This document shows, piece by piece, positions 35,670-44,500 of a stretch of 49,169 nucleotides of DNA; the stretch's first letter is position 1, and each line of letters opens with the position of its first letter. The notes beneath the pieces are model-generated. The model made no database searches, was not told where the DNA came from, and was given only the letters and a program-made list of their open reading frames with translations. This stretch comes from Acidimicrobiia bacterium (GTDB lineage: Bacteria > Actinomycetota > Acidimicrobiia > Spongiisociales > ZC4RG35): assembly GCA_009837815.1 (NCBI GenBank), contig VXSV01000072.1, positions 1-49,169 on the forward strand, given 5' to 3'. Position numbers and translations under genes: made by a program.

Positions 35670-38062
35670 CAGCTCACACTCCCGTTCGTCTTGGCCGCCT
35701 GGATCGCCGCCCACACCCGCTTGGGACGCAGGGGCATGTCCACATGGGTCACCCCGAGGGGCGACAGCGCATCGACCACGGCATTGACCACGGTCTGCGC
35801 CGAGCCGATAGTACCGGCCTCTCCAATCCCTTTCACTCCCAACGGGTTGATGTCGGTGGGAGTCACGGTGCGGTGCAACTCGAAGGAGGGCAAATCGGCT
35901 GAGGTAGGCAGCGGGTACTCGACGAACGACCACTTGAGGAGGTTTCCGTCCGCCTCGTAGTCGCCGTCCTCGAACATCGCCTGGCCGATACCCTGCGCAA
36001 GGCCGCCGTGGATCTGTCCGTCCACGATCATCGGATTGATGACGTTGCCGCAGTCGTCCATGGCGATATAGCGAAGCAACTTCACGTCGCCGGTGTCGCC
36101 ATCCACTTCCACCAGGGCCAGATGGGATCCAAACGGCCAGGTGGCGTTGCCGGGACTGAACACGGCGTGGGCCTCCAAGCCTCCTTCCATGCCCTCGGGC
36201 AGGCGGTGAGGCTGGTAGGCCAGCGTGGCGATGTCGGACCACGACACCTGCTGGTCGGGAGAACCGGCCACATGGGCGCCGCCGTCGGCGAACACGATGT
36301 CGTCAGCGGAGGCCTCAAGCAGATGGGCGGCCAGATCGGCTGCCTTGGCGCGAACCTTGTTGGCCGCTTCGTAGGTGGCCGATCCGTCCACCGCCGCCGA
36401 ACGGGACCCGAAAGTACCGATCCCCAGCGGCGACTCGGCTGTGTCGCCATGGCTCACCCTGATGTTCTCGACCGGGATCCCCAACTGGTTGGAGACGATC
36501 TGCGCCCAGGTGGTCTGATGGCCCTGTCCGGTCGGGCCGGTGCCGATGATCACCGAAGCGGTGCCGTCGGCCTGCACCCGGACCAGGCCCGAGCCACTGA
36601 AACCGGACGGTATCTTGTAGGCCGCCCAGGAGAAACCCAGGTCCACCAGGGCGGAAGGTCCGAATCCGCACACTTCCACGTAGGTGGCCAAACCCAGGCC
36701 CACCAGCCGTCCCTCGGCTCTCAGTTGATCCCGCTCGGCTTTGAGATCTTCGTAGCCGGCGGTCTCCAACAGCGCGTCGAGGTTGGTCTCGTAGTCGCCG
36801 GTGTCCATTGGGAACCCGATGTGGGTAGCGGCGCCGGGGAACTTGTCTGCGGGGATGAAGTTCATTCTCCGCACCTCCGCCGGATCCACGCCGATCTCCC
36901 TGGCATAGGCGTCGATCGCCCGTTCCAGGTAGTAGGCGGCTTCCGGCCGGCCGGCGCCCCGGTAGGCGTCGGTCGTCATGGTGTGGGTGTGGACGCAGGC
37001 CACCTTCCAGTGGGTTGGGAACGTGTATTGCCCCGCCCCCACGAACAGCCCCAAGAAGGGGATGGCCACGGTGAAGTTCTGGCTGTAGGCCCCCATGTCG
37101 GCGATGCCGTCCAGTTCGTAGCCCAGGATCTGGCCGTCGCCGGTCCCGGTAATGGTGGCGGTCGCCACCCAGCCCCGACCGTGGATGGTGGAACCCGCCG
37201 CGTCCCGTCTGGTCTCGGTGAACTTCACCGGACGACCCAGTTGCTGGGAGGCGAAGCACACCAGGATCTCGTCGTTGTAGACATTGAGCTTGCAACCGAA
37301 TCCACCGCCCACCTCGGGAGCGATGCATCTGACATCGGTCAGGGAAAGCCCGAAGGTCTGGGCGATCCCCCCGGCCAGCGCATGCGCGATCTGGGTGGAG
37401 GAGTGGACCGTGAACCGGCCGTAGCCGACGTTCCAGTCCGCCACCACCGAGCGCGGCTCCATCGGCATGGGCAGCAGACGCTGGTTGACCGCTTCGATGG
37501 AAACAGAGACCGTGTCGTCTCGCGCCTTGGCGTCGGCGATGGACTGCTGGGTGGCGGCGATGGCTTCCTCGTCGCCCCACGGCCCGCCTTCCCATGCCAA
37601 AAGAACATTGGATTCCATGTCTTCATGAACAAGAGCGGCGTCGGAGGCCGCCTCTTTGAGATCGATCACCGGGTCGAGCGGATCGTATTCCACGTCTACC
37701 GCGTCAGCGGCGTCACGGGCTCCGTAGCGCGTGTCTGCCGCCACCATGGCGACCGCCTCGCCCAGATGGTTGACCTTGTCGCCCGCCAGGAGCGGCCGGA
37801 GCTTGCCTACCGCAACCTGGGTGACCAGGTCGCCGAGATGAGCGACGTCGGAGGCGGTGTAGACCGCCCGGACCCCGTCCATCGCCTCGGCATCGGAGGC
37901 GTCCACCGACACCACCCGGGCATGGGCATAGGGGCTGCGCACGAAGGCGACGTGCAACATGCCCGGCAGCTGGAGGTCGTCGACATAGAGCCCGGTGCCC
38001 CTTATCAGAGCCGGATCTTCTCTGCGCTTGACCACACCGCCCAAAACGCTGGTAGTACTCAC
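35669..38062 (-). CDS. Xanthine dehydrogenase family molybdopterin-binding large subunit, form-II CoxL-like (AYRGAGR)
   Basis: The active-site loop reads [14 protein letters not shown]-terminus is [19 protein letters not shown]. The GTG start at 38062 overlaps the small-subunit TGA (GTGA). Confidence 0.9.
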   Translation of the reverse strand: MSTTSVLGGVVKRREDPALIRGTGLYVDDLQLPGMLHVAFVRSPYAHARVVSVDASDAEAMDGVRAVYTASDVAHLGDLVTQVAVGKLRPLLAGDKVNHLGEAVAMVAADTRYGARDAADAVDVEYDPLDPVIDLKEAASDAALVHEDMESNVLLAWEGGPWGDEEAIAATQQSIADAKARDDTVSVSIEAVNQRLLPMPMEPRSVVADWNVGYGRFTVHSSTQIAHALAGGIAQTFGLSLTDVRCIAPEVGGGFGCKLNVYNDEILVCFASQQLGRPVKFTETRRDAAGSTIHGRGWVATATITGTGDGQILGYELDGIADMGAYSQNFTVAIPFLGLFVGAGQYTFPTHWKVACVHTHTMTTDAYRGAGRPEAAYYLERAIDAYAREIGVDPAEVRRMNFIPADKFPGAATHIGFPMDTGDYETNLDALLETAGYEDLKAERDQLRAEGRLVGLGLATYVEVCGFGPSALVDLGFSWAAYKIPSGFSGSGLVRVQADGTASVIIGTGPTGQGHQTTWAQIVSNQLGIPVENIRVSHGDTAESPLGIGTFGSRSAAVDGSATYEAANKVRAKAADLAAHLLEASADDIVFADGGAHVAGSPDQQVSWSDIATLAYQPHRLPEGMEGGLEAHAVFSPGNATWPFGSHLALVEVDGDTGDVKLLRYIAMDDCGNVINPMIVDGQIHGGLAQGIGQAMFEDGDYEADGNLLKWSFVEYPLPTSADLPSFELHRTVTPTDINPLGVKGIGEAGTIGSAQTVVNAVVDALSPLGVTHVDMPLRPKRVWAAIQAAKTNGSVS

Positions 38063-38562
38063 GCCGACGCCTCTTCCCATTCAGGGGCGGGCGGTTCCTC
38101 GCCCCGCATCTTGGCAGCGGCATACTCCACCGCCCGGACGATGTTGTGGTACCCGGTACACCGGCACAGGTTGCCTTCCAGGCCATGGCGAATCTCATCT
38201 TCGGACGGGGACCCGTTTTCGGACAGAAGCCCTACCGCCGACATGATCATGCCCGGCGTGCAAAACCCGCACTGGAGGCCATGCCGTTCCCAAAAACCTT
38301 CTTGGACGGGGTGGAGGTCGCCATTGGCGGCCAGCCCCTCGATGGTGGTCACCTCGGCGCCCTGGGCCTGCACTGCCAGCATGGTGCACGACTTGACAGT
38401 CTTCCCGTCGAGGATCACGGTGCAAGCGCCACAATATGACGTGTCACAGCCCACGTGGGTACCGGTCAAACCCAGTTCCTCTCTCAGCAGATGCACCAGC
38501 AGCGTGCGCGGCTCAACATCGGTTACAGCACGCTGACCGTTAACGGTTAGTGATACGTGCAT
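38059..38562 (-). CDS. (2Fe-2S)-binding small subunit (CoxS-like)
   Basis: Plant-type cluster [11 protein letters not shown]...C and second cluster GFCTPG...CRCTGY. Confidence 0.9.
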   Translation of the reverse strand: MHVSLTVNGQRAVTDVEPRTLLVHLLREELGLTGTHVGCDTSYCGACTVILDGKTVKSCTMLAVQAQGAEVTTIEGLAANGDLHPVQEGFWERHGLQCGFCTPGMIMSAVGLLSENGSPSEDEIRHGLEGNLCRCTGYHNIVRAVEYAAAKMRGEEPPAPEWEEASA

Positions 38563-38729
38563 GGACCTCCTTTCTTCAGTTGCTTCCCACGGTATCAGGT
38601 CTCTGCCCCAAATGGAAAGTCAGAGTGGGAAGAAATTGCAAGAAACAAGAAAATAATCCGACCCGCCGGGGTTGACTTGCCGGCCTGCCGGATTGCAGAT
38701 TGTCCAGATACGCACCATTGAGGCAAAAC

Positions 38730-39032
38730 ATGAAATCGAATCAACCCGAACACCCGGACCTGGCTCAATTCGAGAGACTTGCTCGGCGGCGATTCGACGA
38801 GGCGGCAGAATACGAACAGGAGGCGGCGATGCTGCAAGTGCAACGCATGTCCACCCTCCGGGATCGCCTGTTGGATGCGGACGACGCCGACCTGGCGGTC
38901 CGGATCTGGGTTAGGGGGGGACATCTGTGCGAGGGCGTGCCTTCAACGGTGGGCAGGGACCATGTGGAACTGAGGGATACCCGCCGGTTGATAGTCCCCT
39001 TCTCCTCTATCGAGATGGTGGAAGTCATTTGA
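38730..39032 (+). CDS. Hypothetical protein (100 aa): acidic helical N-terminus plus small beta-rich C-terminal domain
   Basis: ATG 38730 has GAGG 7 nt upstream. The track start (TTG 38700) has no SD. Sequence: MKSNQPEHPDLAQFERLARRRFDEAAEYEQEAAML...LAVRIWVRGGHLCEGVPSTVGRDHVELRDTRRLIVPFSSIEMVEVI. No motif recognised. Confidence 0.55.
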   Translation: MKSNQPEHPDLAQFERLARRRFDEAAEYEQEAAMLQVQRMSTLRDRLLDADDADLAVRIWVRGGHLCEGVPSTVGRDHVELRDTRRLIVPFSSIEMVEVI

Positions 39033-39040
39033 TCCCGCGG

Positions 39041-40012
39041 GTGGTCACCACCGCCGGGCCGGTCTGGGAGTCGGAACTGGTCGACAGGGCAAGAGAATCC
39101 GGAACGCTCCGGATCGTCAAACGAGCATTCCACCCCGCTCCGGTCCACCGGATCCTTGCCGAGGGTAGGGCGGAGGCGGTGGTGGTGGGCGCGGATGTCT
39201 CCTGGCTGTCGTCGGGTCTCGTGTCGGCTTGGCGGCGGATGGGAGCGGTGGTCATCGGGATTGACGAGCCCCACCACCCTTTCGGCCGACACCTACTCGA
39301 GGACTGGGGGTGCCACCTCGTGCTGGAAGAGGCCGACCCGGAGTGGACTGCGGCCTCACTTTCGGCCATGTTCCCATCGCCTGCCGCATCCCTGAATCCC
39401 CCTGCGCCAACCGTAGTGGCGGTCGGAGGCCCCCGCGGCGCTCCCGGTAGGACCGAGGTGGCGCTCGGCATAGCCTGGCTGGCCTCCCGGAGCGGGCCCT
39501 GTTTGCTGATAGAAGCCGACGCCTCTCCCGCCCTGGGCCTGAGGCTGGGACTGCCCCCACCCACCGAATCCCACCAGGTGGTGACCGCCGGGCAAGTCGA
39601 CCTGCTGCTCTGGGATCCCCGCGGATCATCCGGCGGAGTGCTGAGAAACGGCTGGGCGAGTCTTTGGGACTACCGGACCGCGGTGGTGGATCTCGGCCCC
39701 GGGGTCTCCGCCTTTCGAGACTGGCCCGGTCAAAGAGTCGTAGTATGCAGAGCCAGCCCCCCCGGCATCGTGCGAACTGCCTCCCTGCTGGCGAGGTTGG
39801 GCAACGGGCTTGGCTCTCACATGGTGATCAACAGGCTCCCGCCCGACGATCGATTCGGTCGGGAGATCTCCCGGCATCTGGCAGAGTCGACGGGGACCCG
39901 ACCTGCCGCCCTCATCCCAGAACTGGACGACCTGGAATGGGGGGCGCCTCCTCCGCCCTCCATCTTGGCTCTGCTGGAGCCGCTAATGGCCCGATTGGGC
40001 CTGGTGGGCTGA
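39041..40012 (+). CDS. CpaE/Ssd-like MinD/ParA-superfamily protein with receiver-like N-domain and degenerate Walker A (both Lys replaced by Arg)
   Basis: GTG 39041 lies 8 nt after the upstream stop. The P-loop region VAVGGPRGAPGRTEVALGIAWLASRSGPCLLIEAD (39416..) aligns by eye with xKGGxGK[ST]T...D.D of MinD/CpaE. A Walker-B-like TAVVDLGPG follows. Confidence 0.6.
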   Translation: MVTTAGPVWESELVDRARESGTLRIVKRAFHPAPVHRILAEGRAEAVVVGADVSWLSSGLVSAWRRMGAVVIGIDEPHHPFGRHLLEDWGCHLVLEEADPEWTAASLSAMFPSPAASLNPPAPTVVAVGGPRGAPGRTEVALGIAWLASRSGPCLLIEADASPALGLRLGLPPPTESHQVVTAGQVDLLLWDPRGSSGGVLRNGWASLWDYRTAVVDLGPGVSAFRDWPGQRVVVCRASPPGIVRTASLLARLGNGLGSHMVINRLPPDDRFGREISRHLAESTGTRPAALIPELDDLEWGAPPPPSILALLEPLMARLGLVG

Positions 40013-40015
40013 CCG

Positions 40016-40822
40016 TCACCGGACGGCCCGATAACTCCCCAGCATCCGCAGACGGCTAACCGTAACCAGGGCCGGCTCGAACACCGCTGCCAGCCCCTCG
40101 GGCCCCGGGTCGTGGATCAGGTCGACAAAGAATCGATAGCGCCATGCCTCATGGGAGGGGCGGGACTCGATCCGGGTGAGGTTGGCCCCCCGGGCGGCCA
40201 ACTCGGTGAGGGCAAGCGCCAGGGATCCGGGCCGGTGAAGAACCTCAAAGACCACTGACGTCTTGTCAGCGTCATCGGGCACGATCGGCCGGCCGGGCAT
40301 AAGCACCACGAATCGGGTGGTGTTGTCCGCCCGGTCCACCAACCTCTCCAAGAGGACTTCCAAACCCAGTACGGCAGCGCTGGCATGGGCCAAGGCAGCC
40401 TGCTGAGGATCTCCCTGGGATGCAACGATCCGCACGGCGCCGGCGGTGTCATGCACCGGAACCACTTCCCAGTCCCGCTCGGCAATGGCCATCTCCGCCT
40501 GCGACAACGCCTCGGGGTGGGAAACCACCCGACGGATGTCGGTCAACGTGGCGCCCGGGATACCCAGCAGGCTGTGACCGGCTTCCTTCTTGTACTCCGT
40601 GACAATGTGAACGTCCTCTTTCACCAGCCGGTTGAGCACCGGCAGAACGCTGCCCGTGGTGGAATTCTCTATGGGAAGCACCAGACGGTCTACCTCGCCG
40701 GTCCTCATCGCCGCGAACGCCCCCGAAAAGTTGGAATACCCGCACAGCTCCTCGTCTGCGAAGAGCTGCGTCGCCACCTGATGGCTGTAGGAGTAGACCT
40801 CTCCCTGGTAGCCGATTCTCAT
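40016..40822 (-). CDS. pheA: Prephenate dehydratase
   Basis: PDT domain (MRIGYQGEVYSYSHQ...VLPIENSTTGSV) and ACT domain (TSVVFEVLHRPGSLALALTELAARGANLTRIESRP). Confidence 0.9.
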   Translation of the reverse strand: MRIGYQGEVYSYSHQVATQLFADEELCGYSNFSGAFAAMRTGEVDRLVLPIENSTTGSVLPVLNRLVKEDVHIVTEYKKEAGHSLLGIPGATLTDIRRVVSHPEALSQAEMAIAERDWEVVPVHDTAGAVRIVASQGDPQQAALAHASAAVLGLEVLLERLVDRADNTTRFVVLMPGRPIVPDDADKTSVVFEVLHRPGSLALALTELAARGANLTRIESRPSHEAWRYRFFVDLIHDPGPEGLAAVFEPALVTVSRLRMLGSYRAVR

Positions 40823-40862
40823 CGGGATCTCACAGGGGCGGCCAAGCGCCGGTCGGCCGGCA

Positions 40863-43028
40863 TCACCTGCCGCCTTCCCTCTCCAGGGCGACTTCGGCCA
40901 GCATCTCCGCCAGGTCCCTCACCACCACATCCGACTCCCGGCCCGCCTCCTTGACCCCGTCGTCCAGCATCACATAGCAATAGGGACAGGACACGGCCAC
41001 CTCCGAGGCGCCTGTGGCCAGCGCCTCCTCGGTGCGCTCGATGTTGATTTTCTTGCCCACGTGCTCCTCCATCCAGAACCGGGCGCCGCCCGCTCCACAG
41101 CACAGCGCCTTGGTACCGTGACGGGGCATTTCGACCATCTCCACATTGCCCGAGGCGGCCACCACTTCCCTGGGGGCCAGGTAGATGTCGTTGTGCCGGC
41201 CCAGGTAACAGGGATCGTGATAGGTGACGCGCCGGGCTTCCCGGCCGCCGTTGAAAGACCCGTTGCCGGTGGTTAGCGCTCCCCGCCGCAACAACTCGGC
41301 GAGAAGTTGCGTGTGGTGGATCACCTGGTAGTTGCCGCCCAGTTGAGGGTATTCGTTGGCCAAGGTGTTGAAGCAGTGCGGACACTGGGTGATCACCTTT
41401 TCAACCCCCAGGGAGTCGAGCGTCTCGATGTTCTGGAAAGCCAACTGCTGATAAACGAACTCGTTCCCGGCCCGCCGCGCCGGATCCCCGTTGCACATCT
41501 CCCGAGGGCCGAGCACTGCGAAGTCGATGCCTGCCGCGTGCATGAGGCGGGCCAACGACAGGGTGACCGCCCGGTTGCGGTCATCGAAAGAACCGGCGCA
41601 GCCCACGTACCACAGGTATTCGGCGGAATCCACCCCCTCCGCGCCCAGCACCTTCACCGGAAAGTCCAGTTGCCTCGTCCAATCGAGCCGCTGCTCCTTC
41701 CCGAGCCCCCAAGGATTGCCCTGATTCTCCATCGCCACGAACGCCTTGGCCAGTTCCGGTGGAAAGTCGGCTTCCATCAACGTCAGATAGCGGCGCATGT
41801 CGAGAATCTTGTCGAGGATCTCGATGTTGACCGGACAGATGTCGTCGCAGGCCCGGCAGGAGGTGCACGACCAAACCTCCTCGGAGGTAACGCGTTCGAA
41901 CAGCGAATCGGTGTCGATGGTGATGGTGGGCGCCGGCTCGACCGGAGCGGTAACCACCGGGGCGCCCGAGGCGGCCAAAACCTCACCCGACTTGACCACG
42001 ATCTCCCGGGGGTCGAGCGCCTTTCCGGTGATGTTGGCCGGACAGACCGACGTGCACCGGCCGCAGATCGTGCATGCGTCGGTGTCGAACAACTGCTTCC
42101 AGCTGAAGTCTCCCACGGTGGACGCGCCTATCGTCTCCAGGTCCTCGGCCTCCATCAGGTTGGGCATGGCCTTCATAGCTCCCTTGACCCGGTCCCTTGG
42201 CGACAGGAACATGTTGACCGGAGAGGTGACGGCGTGACGCAGTTTGGTGACCGGAAGCACCACCAGGAAGGCCAGGAAGGAGGCGGCGTGGATCCCCCAG
42301 ACCACCTGATGGAAGAATTCCGGCGACGCCGGCATCAAAAAGGACAGCGGGTAGCCCACGAAGGACCACTTCTCGAAGTCGGGTTGGCCGTCCACTGCGA
42401 TCCTGGCCGCTTCGGTCACCACTCCGGTGACGCCCACAAGGATCAGGAGGCCCAGCACCAGGGCGTCTTCGGGACGGGTCTTGGAGGCTATCCGGGCCGG
42501 GGGCATGACATAGCGGCGGAACACCGCCCATGCCAGCCCTCCAAGGAACACCAATGCGAAGAAGTCCAGCACCGCCGAATACCCCAGGTAGACGGGGCCA
42601 TGCAGGAATTTGAGAGACTCCGGCATGAGATGGTCTATCTCAAGGGTGATGGTCCCGGCCAGCAGCACCAAAAACCCGTAGTAGATCATCGAGTGCATGA
42701 GGCCGGAGGCGGTGTCGCGCAGCAAAGTCTTCATGCGCAGGCCGTCGGCGAGGTGGCGCAACCGTTGCTTCCACATCCCGAGACGCTCTTCGGCCCCACC
42801 CCGCGACCAGTTGCGAGCGCGGATAGAGAAGAGGTAGAACGTCAGCCAGAGGAAGGCCGCCACCGAGACGTAGAAGCCTGCTTGCAGGCCGAGCGGGATA
42901 TTGCCGAAGACCTCCCGCCCAACATCTCCCCGCGGTTCGGAGTGCATCACCGATCCCAGCCACCAAAGGGCCATCACCCCCACCGCCGAAACCACCCCCA
43001 AGGCAAACAACACCTTCGAGGCATTCAT
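40863..43028 (-). CDS. Membrane-anchored (Fe-S)-binding heterodisulfide-reductase-like protein (NarI/DsrM-like TM domain fused to an HdrD/DsrK-like domain)
   Basis: About 6 N-terminal TM helices. Two 4Fe-4S motifs (CTICGRCTSVCP, CTSCRACDDICP). Two CCG-type Cys-rich domains (YVGCAGSF...ITQCPHCFNTL; YHDPCYLGR...ALCCGAGG). The architecture resembles mycobacterial Rv0338c as I recall it. Confidence 0.85.
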   Translation of the reverse strand: MNASKVLFALGVVSAVGVMALWWLGSVMHSEPRGDVGREVFGNIPLGLQAGFYVSVAAFLWLTFYLFSIRARNWSRGGAEERLGMWKQRLRHLADGLRMKTLLRDTASGLMHSMIYYGFLVLLAGTITLEIDHLMPESLKFLHGPVYLGYSAVLDFFALVFLGGLAWAVFRRYVMPPARIASKTRPEDALVLGLLILVGVTGVVTEAARIAVDGQPDFEKWSFVGYPLSFLMPASPEFFHQVVWGIHAASFLAFLVVLPVTKLRHAVTSPVNMFLSPRDRVKGAMKAMPNLMEAEDLETIGASTVGDFSWKQLFDTDACTICGRCTSVCPANITGKALDPREIVVKSGEVLAASGAPVVTAPVEPAPTITIDTDSLFERVTSEEVWSCTSCRACDDICPVNIEILDKILDMRRYLTLMEADFPPELAKAFVAMENQGNPWGLGKEQRLDWTRQLDFPVKVLGAEGVDSAEYLWYVGCAGSFDDRNRAVTLSLARLMHAAGIDFAVLGPREMCNGDPARRAGNEFVYQQLAFQNIETLDSLGVEKVITQCPHCFNTLANEYPQLGGNYQVIHHTQLLAELLRRGALTTGNGSFNGGREARRVTYHDPCYLGRHNDIYLAPREVVAASGNVEMVEMPRHGTKALCCGAGGARFWMEEHVGKKINIERTEEALATGASEVAVSCPYCYVMLDDGVKEAGRESDVVVRDLAEMLAEVALEREGGR

Positions 43029-43142
43029 GCTTTGATCCTGCTCCTTGGGCTGGGCTTCAAACGGGACCGCCCCCGCCGGGAAGGCTCCCGTTTGTCCGCC
43101 CGAAGGATACTCGGCGGCCTCCCCCGGTTTGGCGGGCCTCGC

Positions 43143-43589
43143 TCAGGCGCCCAGCAGGTCTCTCTTTAGACGAGCGACATGCCCCGTGGCGCGAACGTTC
43201 CGGTACTCTCGCTCCAACTCTCCATCGGAACCCAAAACGAAAGTGGAACGGATCAGTCCCACCGTCTCCCGGCCGTACAGCTTCTTCACCCCCCAGGCGC
43301 CGAACGCCTCGGCCATCTTGTGGTCGGCATCGGACAGGAGAGGGAATGGCAGGCCTTCCTTCTCCCGGAATTCTGCCAGAACGTCCGGCGGGTCGGGACT
43401 CAATCCCACTACTGCCATGCCGGCGGCCAGGAACTCTTCATAGCTGTCGCGAAAATCACACGCCTCCACGGTGCAGCCCGGAGTCATGGCCTTGGGGTAG
43501 AAGAACACAACCACGCGCTGACCCGAGAAATCGGAGAGGGAGACCGGATTCCGGTCCTGATCCAACAGGGTGTAGTCCGGCGCGTTCAT
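43143..43589 (-). CDS. bcp: Thioredoxin-dependent thiol peroxidase (Bcp / peroxiredoxin Q)
   Basis: VVVFFYPKAMTPGCTVEACDFRD contains the PxxxTxxC peroxidatic Cys and a resolving Cys 5 residues later. Confidence 0.9.
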   Translation of the reverse strand: MNAPDYTLLDQDRNPVSLSDFSGQRVVVFFYPKAMTPGCTVEACDFRDSYEEFLAAGMAVVGLSPDPPDVLAEFREKEGLPFPLLSDADHKMAEAFGAWGVKKLYGRETVGLIRSTFVLGSDGELEREYRNVRATGHVARLKRDLLGA

Positions 43590-43608
43590 CGACTTGTTCC
43601 CACGGCGC

Positions 43609-44415
43609 CTACCCGCCCAGTTCCACCGACCGCCGATGGGCTGCTTCCACGGCCCGCACCATCAGGTCCAAAAACCCGTCATCGTTCATCACCGCCAGCG
43701 CCGCAGCGGTGGTGCCTCCCGGGGAAGCCACCTGCTTGCGAAGATGGGCCGCGCTCTGGCCGGTGCGGACCAGCATCTCGCCGGAGCCCAGGACCGTGTA
43801 ATTCACCAAACGGGCGGCCACATCCGGAGCCAAGCCCAGTTTGAACGCCGCTTCCGTCATCGCCTCGGCCAGAGCGAAGACATATGCGGGGCCGGAACCC
43901 GAGACCGCCGTCACCGCATCCAGGTCGGCCTCTTCCAATTCCACCACCTCGCCAACCGCCTCCATCACCATCCGGGCCATAGCCATGTGCCGGGACCCCG
44001 CATGGCTGCCCCCGGCCAGCCCGGCGATCCCTTTACCCAGGAGAGACGGCGTGTTGGGCATAACCCTGACAACCGGTGTGTCACCCAGGACGTTCTCCAG
44101 GGTTGCTATCCGTACCCCGGCGGCCAGGGTAATCACCAGCTGCTCGGGGGATATAGCGCCGGCCACCTGCTCCATCAGCGTCTCCATGTCCTGGGGCTTC
44201 ACCGCCACCACCACGGCCGCCCGGTCCCTCACCGCCTCGGCGGGATCGGAGACGCACTCGCACCTGAGTTCCGATCTGACCCGCTCCGCCCTTTCGGGCA
44301 CCACTTCCGCCAGAGTCAGATGCTCAGGTCTCCACCCGTTGCCCAACAGGCCCTTAGCCAGCGCAGACCCCATCGCGCCGGCGCCAAGAATGGCAATGCT
44401 GTGAGGTGAGGTCAT
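43609..44415 (-). CDS. proC: Pyrroline-5-carboxylate reductase
   Basis: Rossmann motif IAILGAGAMGSAL and C-terminal VASPGGTTAAAL motif. 268 aa. Confidence 0.9.
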   Translation of the reverse strand: MTSPHSIAILGAGAMGSALAKGLLGNGWRPEHLTLAEVVPERAERVRSELRCECVSDPAEAVRDRAAVVVAVKPQDMETLMEQVAGAISPEQLVITLAAGVRIATLENVLGDTPVVRVMPNTPSLLGKGIAGLAGGSHAGSRHMAMARMVMEAVGEVVELEEADLDAVTAVSGSGPAYVFALAEAMTEAAFKLGLAPDVAARLVNYTVLGSGEMLVRTGQSAAHLRKQVASPGGTTAAALAVMNDDGFLDLMVRAVEAAHRRSVELGG

Positions 44416-44500
44416 GCTCTCGACATTCTAAATTGCCCTATTCAATTGGACGTGACCCACCCCTATGCCAAGATAGAGGAGAGAACAGGGTGGAGCACGA

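Noticed and set aside
36008-38536. 842-aa plus-strand ORF
   Set aside because: It is antisense to the CoxL/CoxS genes. It has low-complexity Gly/Arg/Val composition and no start context, so it is a shadow ORF.
41307-43169. 620-aa plus-strand ORF
   Set aside because: It is antisense to the HdrD-like Fe-S protein and part of bcp. Its composition is Gly/Arg/His/Pro-rich junk.
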